This document shows positions 61,540-64,000 of a stretch of DNA of 64,000 nt, one piece after another. Each line of letters starts with the position of its first letter. The first letter of the stretch is position 1. The position numbers and the translations under genes were made by a program. The notes below the pieces were generated by a model that saw only the letters and a program-made list of their open reading frames with translations, had not been told where the DNA came from and searched no databases. This stretch comes from Lama guanicoe (Eukaryota): assembly GCA_013239625.1 (NCBI GenBank), contig MU054212.1, positions 1,736,001 to 1,800,000 on the forward strand, read 5' to 3'.

Positions 61540-63130
61540 CAACAGTTGTCATTACTGTAACTAGTATGGCTGCATACTGTTTTATTATATGAATATATCA
61601 CAATTTGTTTAAACAAAACTTTCTTGATGAACATTTGGGATGTTTCTGGTTATTTTGCAATTGTAAAAAAAAGCTCTATTTTGAACATCCTGATACTACA
61701 TTTATAGCTTTATTTATTTTCTGATTATTTCCTTCAAATTTATTATTGTAATTATAAATATAGGGCTAAAGAATACAAATATTTTTAATTTGATGTATTT
61801 TGCCCACATTCCCGTAACTAAATTTACATCATTTTGAAATACTTGATGAGGATAGTCTCATCAGAAGCATCAATATTTTTATCTTTAAAAGAGATAAGCA
61901 AAAAAATAGAATGTCTCATTGTTGTTTCAATTTCCTTTCGTCATTAGTGACCTCTGATATAATTTCACGTTTACCACCACTTATTTAGTCATTTATGTGC
62001 ACTTCTCTCTTGAGATGTCTGTCTTATTCATAAGGACTCAGTTTAGTTTGTCTGGGAAACCTCTACTTTCTGCTGATTCTTCTGACCTCTTTCACTCCTG
62101 AAGCACCTTGTTTTGGACAATAAATTATATGGTCACCCTAGATATAAGCCCTTAGTGTGACAATATGTTGCTCTTTCTCCCCAGATTGTCGTTTGTCTTT
62201 TAAGTTTAAATTTTTATGTTGTCAATTTGCCCATTTTTTTCTTTATGATTTCCAGCTTCATATCATTTTTGAAATTTTTCTCTCGTTCTAAGGTTGTAGA
62301 AGCAGCCACCTAAGTTTTATTGTATTGATTCTATGATTTTATTGTTTCCATGGCAGTACAACACCTGTGTCACCTTCTTTAGGTCTTTACTCAATTGTCA
62401 CCTTTTCATTTAAATTGAATCCTATGGCCACCTGTTGGGAAAATGCTACCTCTAATTATTGCTTTGTTTTCCTCCACAGCACTTGTCACCATGTGACCTA
62501 CTACATATTTCACTTATTTAATTGTCTTACTGTCTCTCTCTCCACCATTGAAATGTAAGCTCCATGAGGATGGGAATTTTTTGTGTTTGTTGTTAATTGT
62601 TTTATCTCTAGGAACTAGAACAGGCCGTGCATATAGCTTTTGACAAATACTTGTTGAATGAATGAAATTAAGTCTTTGATCCATCTGAAATTTTTTTCAT
62701 AAGCTATAAAGTAAGCACTCAGTTTATTTCAATTCATCTTTTCCCTTATTGAATTAAAATCCCTTTTAGCGTATATTGAGTCTATATTTTGGTAGCGTTT
62801 GGAAGTCTGTTAATCAGTTTCTCTGTTCCTTCATTAGCACCACATTTTTAAAAATGTATGTAGCATTGATCTGCTTCACAATGTCTTGTAGGACGAATTC
62901 TTCAATAACCTTCTTTATTCTTTATTTTTTCTCATTTTGTTATCAAATATTTACTTTTATAAATAAAACTTAGATCCATTTGTCATGTTCCCACACATAC
63001 CCTGTTGGTGATTGTGATTGGGAGAGTTTTCAGATTACAGATTAATGTAAGGAAATTTTACGTCTCTATCGTGTTGAGGTCTCTTGCCTAAGACAACGTG
63101 TGAATCTCCAGCTTTCAAGTTTCTTTGTAT
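61540..63130 (-). mobile_element. Old L1M (L1MC/ME-like) fragments, interrupted by L2
   Basis: tatatcacaatttgttt...gatgaacatttgggatgtttctgg...tctcattgttgtttcaattt...aagtctttgatccatctg...cctgttggtgattgtgattggg...cagattaatgtaagg. Confidence 0.75.
62365..62667 (+). mobile_element. LINE L2a 3' end
   Basis: cacagcacttgtcacc...gaaatgtaagctccatgaggatggga...tctctaggaactagaacagg...caaatacttgttgaatgaatgaa. Confidence 0.88.
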
Positions 63131-63374
63131 TAGTTACGGTAGAACTAGCTGCTGAAATAGATGACTTCTAAATTCAAAAAGCCCAGTCAGGGGTTCATGG
63201 GGCTGCATTCTATTTAGTAATTCAGGTATGAAAGCTTCTCCCATATTTTTACGCTGCCTTTCCCTTCTCATGTCAGAATCCTTTGCTAGCAGCTGGGGGG
63301 AAAACAGTAGAGAGGGTTTACCTGTTTCTTAACCAATCTGGCCCAAAATAACATATATTATTTCCAACCAAAGT

Positions 63375-63775
63375 CTTTACCAGTATTCTAAATAAACTAA
63401 AGAAAAAAATCAGAGGAGTAAGAACTGGAAAGGAAAAGACAAAGCAAATATTATTTGTAAATGATAGGATCCCCTATATATAAAGAAAAAGAATCTATGG
63501 ACTTTACAACTGCGATTTGCCTGCTTTGAGTTCAATGTGTAAGAATCAGTAGCATTTTTTTCTACTCCAGTTATAACCAGATAGAAAATATGGCAAAAAT
63601 CCCTCACTCTCCTAATAGCAAAAACAAAACAAAATAAAAATAAAACCCCACAAAACTACAATGAACATAAGAATGCCAGCAAATACATAAGACCTCTATG
63701 GAGAAAAATTCAAAATTCATATAAAAGAACATAATAAAAAAGATCTGAATAAATAAAAAGGTCATTCCATGGGCT
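63375..63775 (+). mobile_element. Old L1 ORF2 fragment
   Basis: ctggaaaggaaaagacaaagcaaatattatttgtaaatgatagg...gaatcagtagcatttttt...aagacctctatggagaaaa...aagatctgaataaat...attccatg. Confidence 0.75.
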
Positions 63776-63777
63776 TT

Positions 63778-64000
63778 GGTTAATTTTTTCTAATTTAATT
63801 ACATTCTAGTCCGAGAACGTACTCTGTGTGACTTCAGTCCTCATATTTATTAAAACTTGTTAATTTTTCATAATACGATCTACCTAATGAATGTTCTGTG
63901 TACATTTGGAAGGAATATGTATTCTACTGTTTTGGGTGTAGTGTTCTACAAGTGTTAATTAGGTCAGGTTGGTTGATAACATTTTTAGGTCTTTTTAATC
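63778..64000 (-). mobile_element. Old L1 fragment (runs off the window)
   Basis: gagaacgtactctgtgtgacttcagtcc...gaatgttctgtgtacatttggaaggaatatgtattctactgttttggg...aggtcaggttggttgata. Confidence 0.8.

Overview
This is mammalian non-coding genomic DNA (intergenic or deep-intronic). It is probably from a camelid, inferred from one Vic-1-type tRNA-derived SINE at about 18.3 kb and from seeing no Alu, B1/B2, Bov-tA/BovB, CAN or ERE SINEs. I found no credible protein-coding exon, structural RNA gene, CpG island or CRISPR array. The ORF track is explained by chance ORFs, microsatellite translations and repeat-derived frames. The window is a mosaic of ancient repeats (MIR, L2, CR1/L3, MER5/MER58, MLT1 MaLR and ERVL LTRs), younger L1 3' ends, simple repeats, and repeat-free stretches dense in homeodomain, E-box, Sox, POU, RFX and CTCF motifs that look like enhancers. 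The most unusual structure is a 145-bp nested inverted repeat at 19752-19896, containing a perfect 40-bp spacerless palindrome that appears to have been built by template switching inside an older hairpin. I found no evidence for a novel multi-gene system. Repeat family names come from my recognition of consensus sequences, not from a database search, and most boundaries are approximate.
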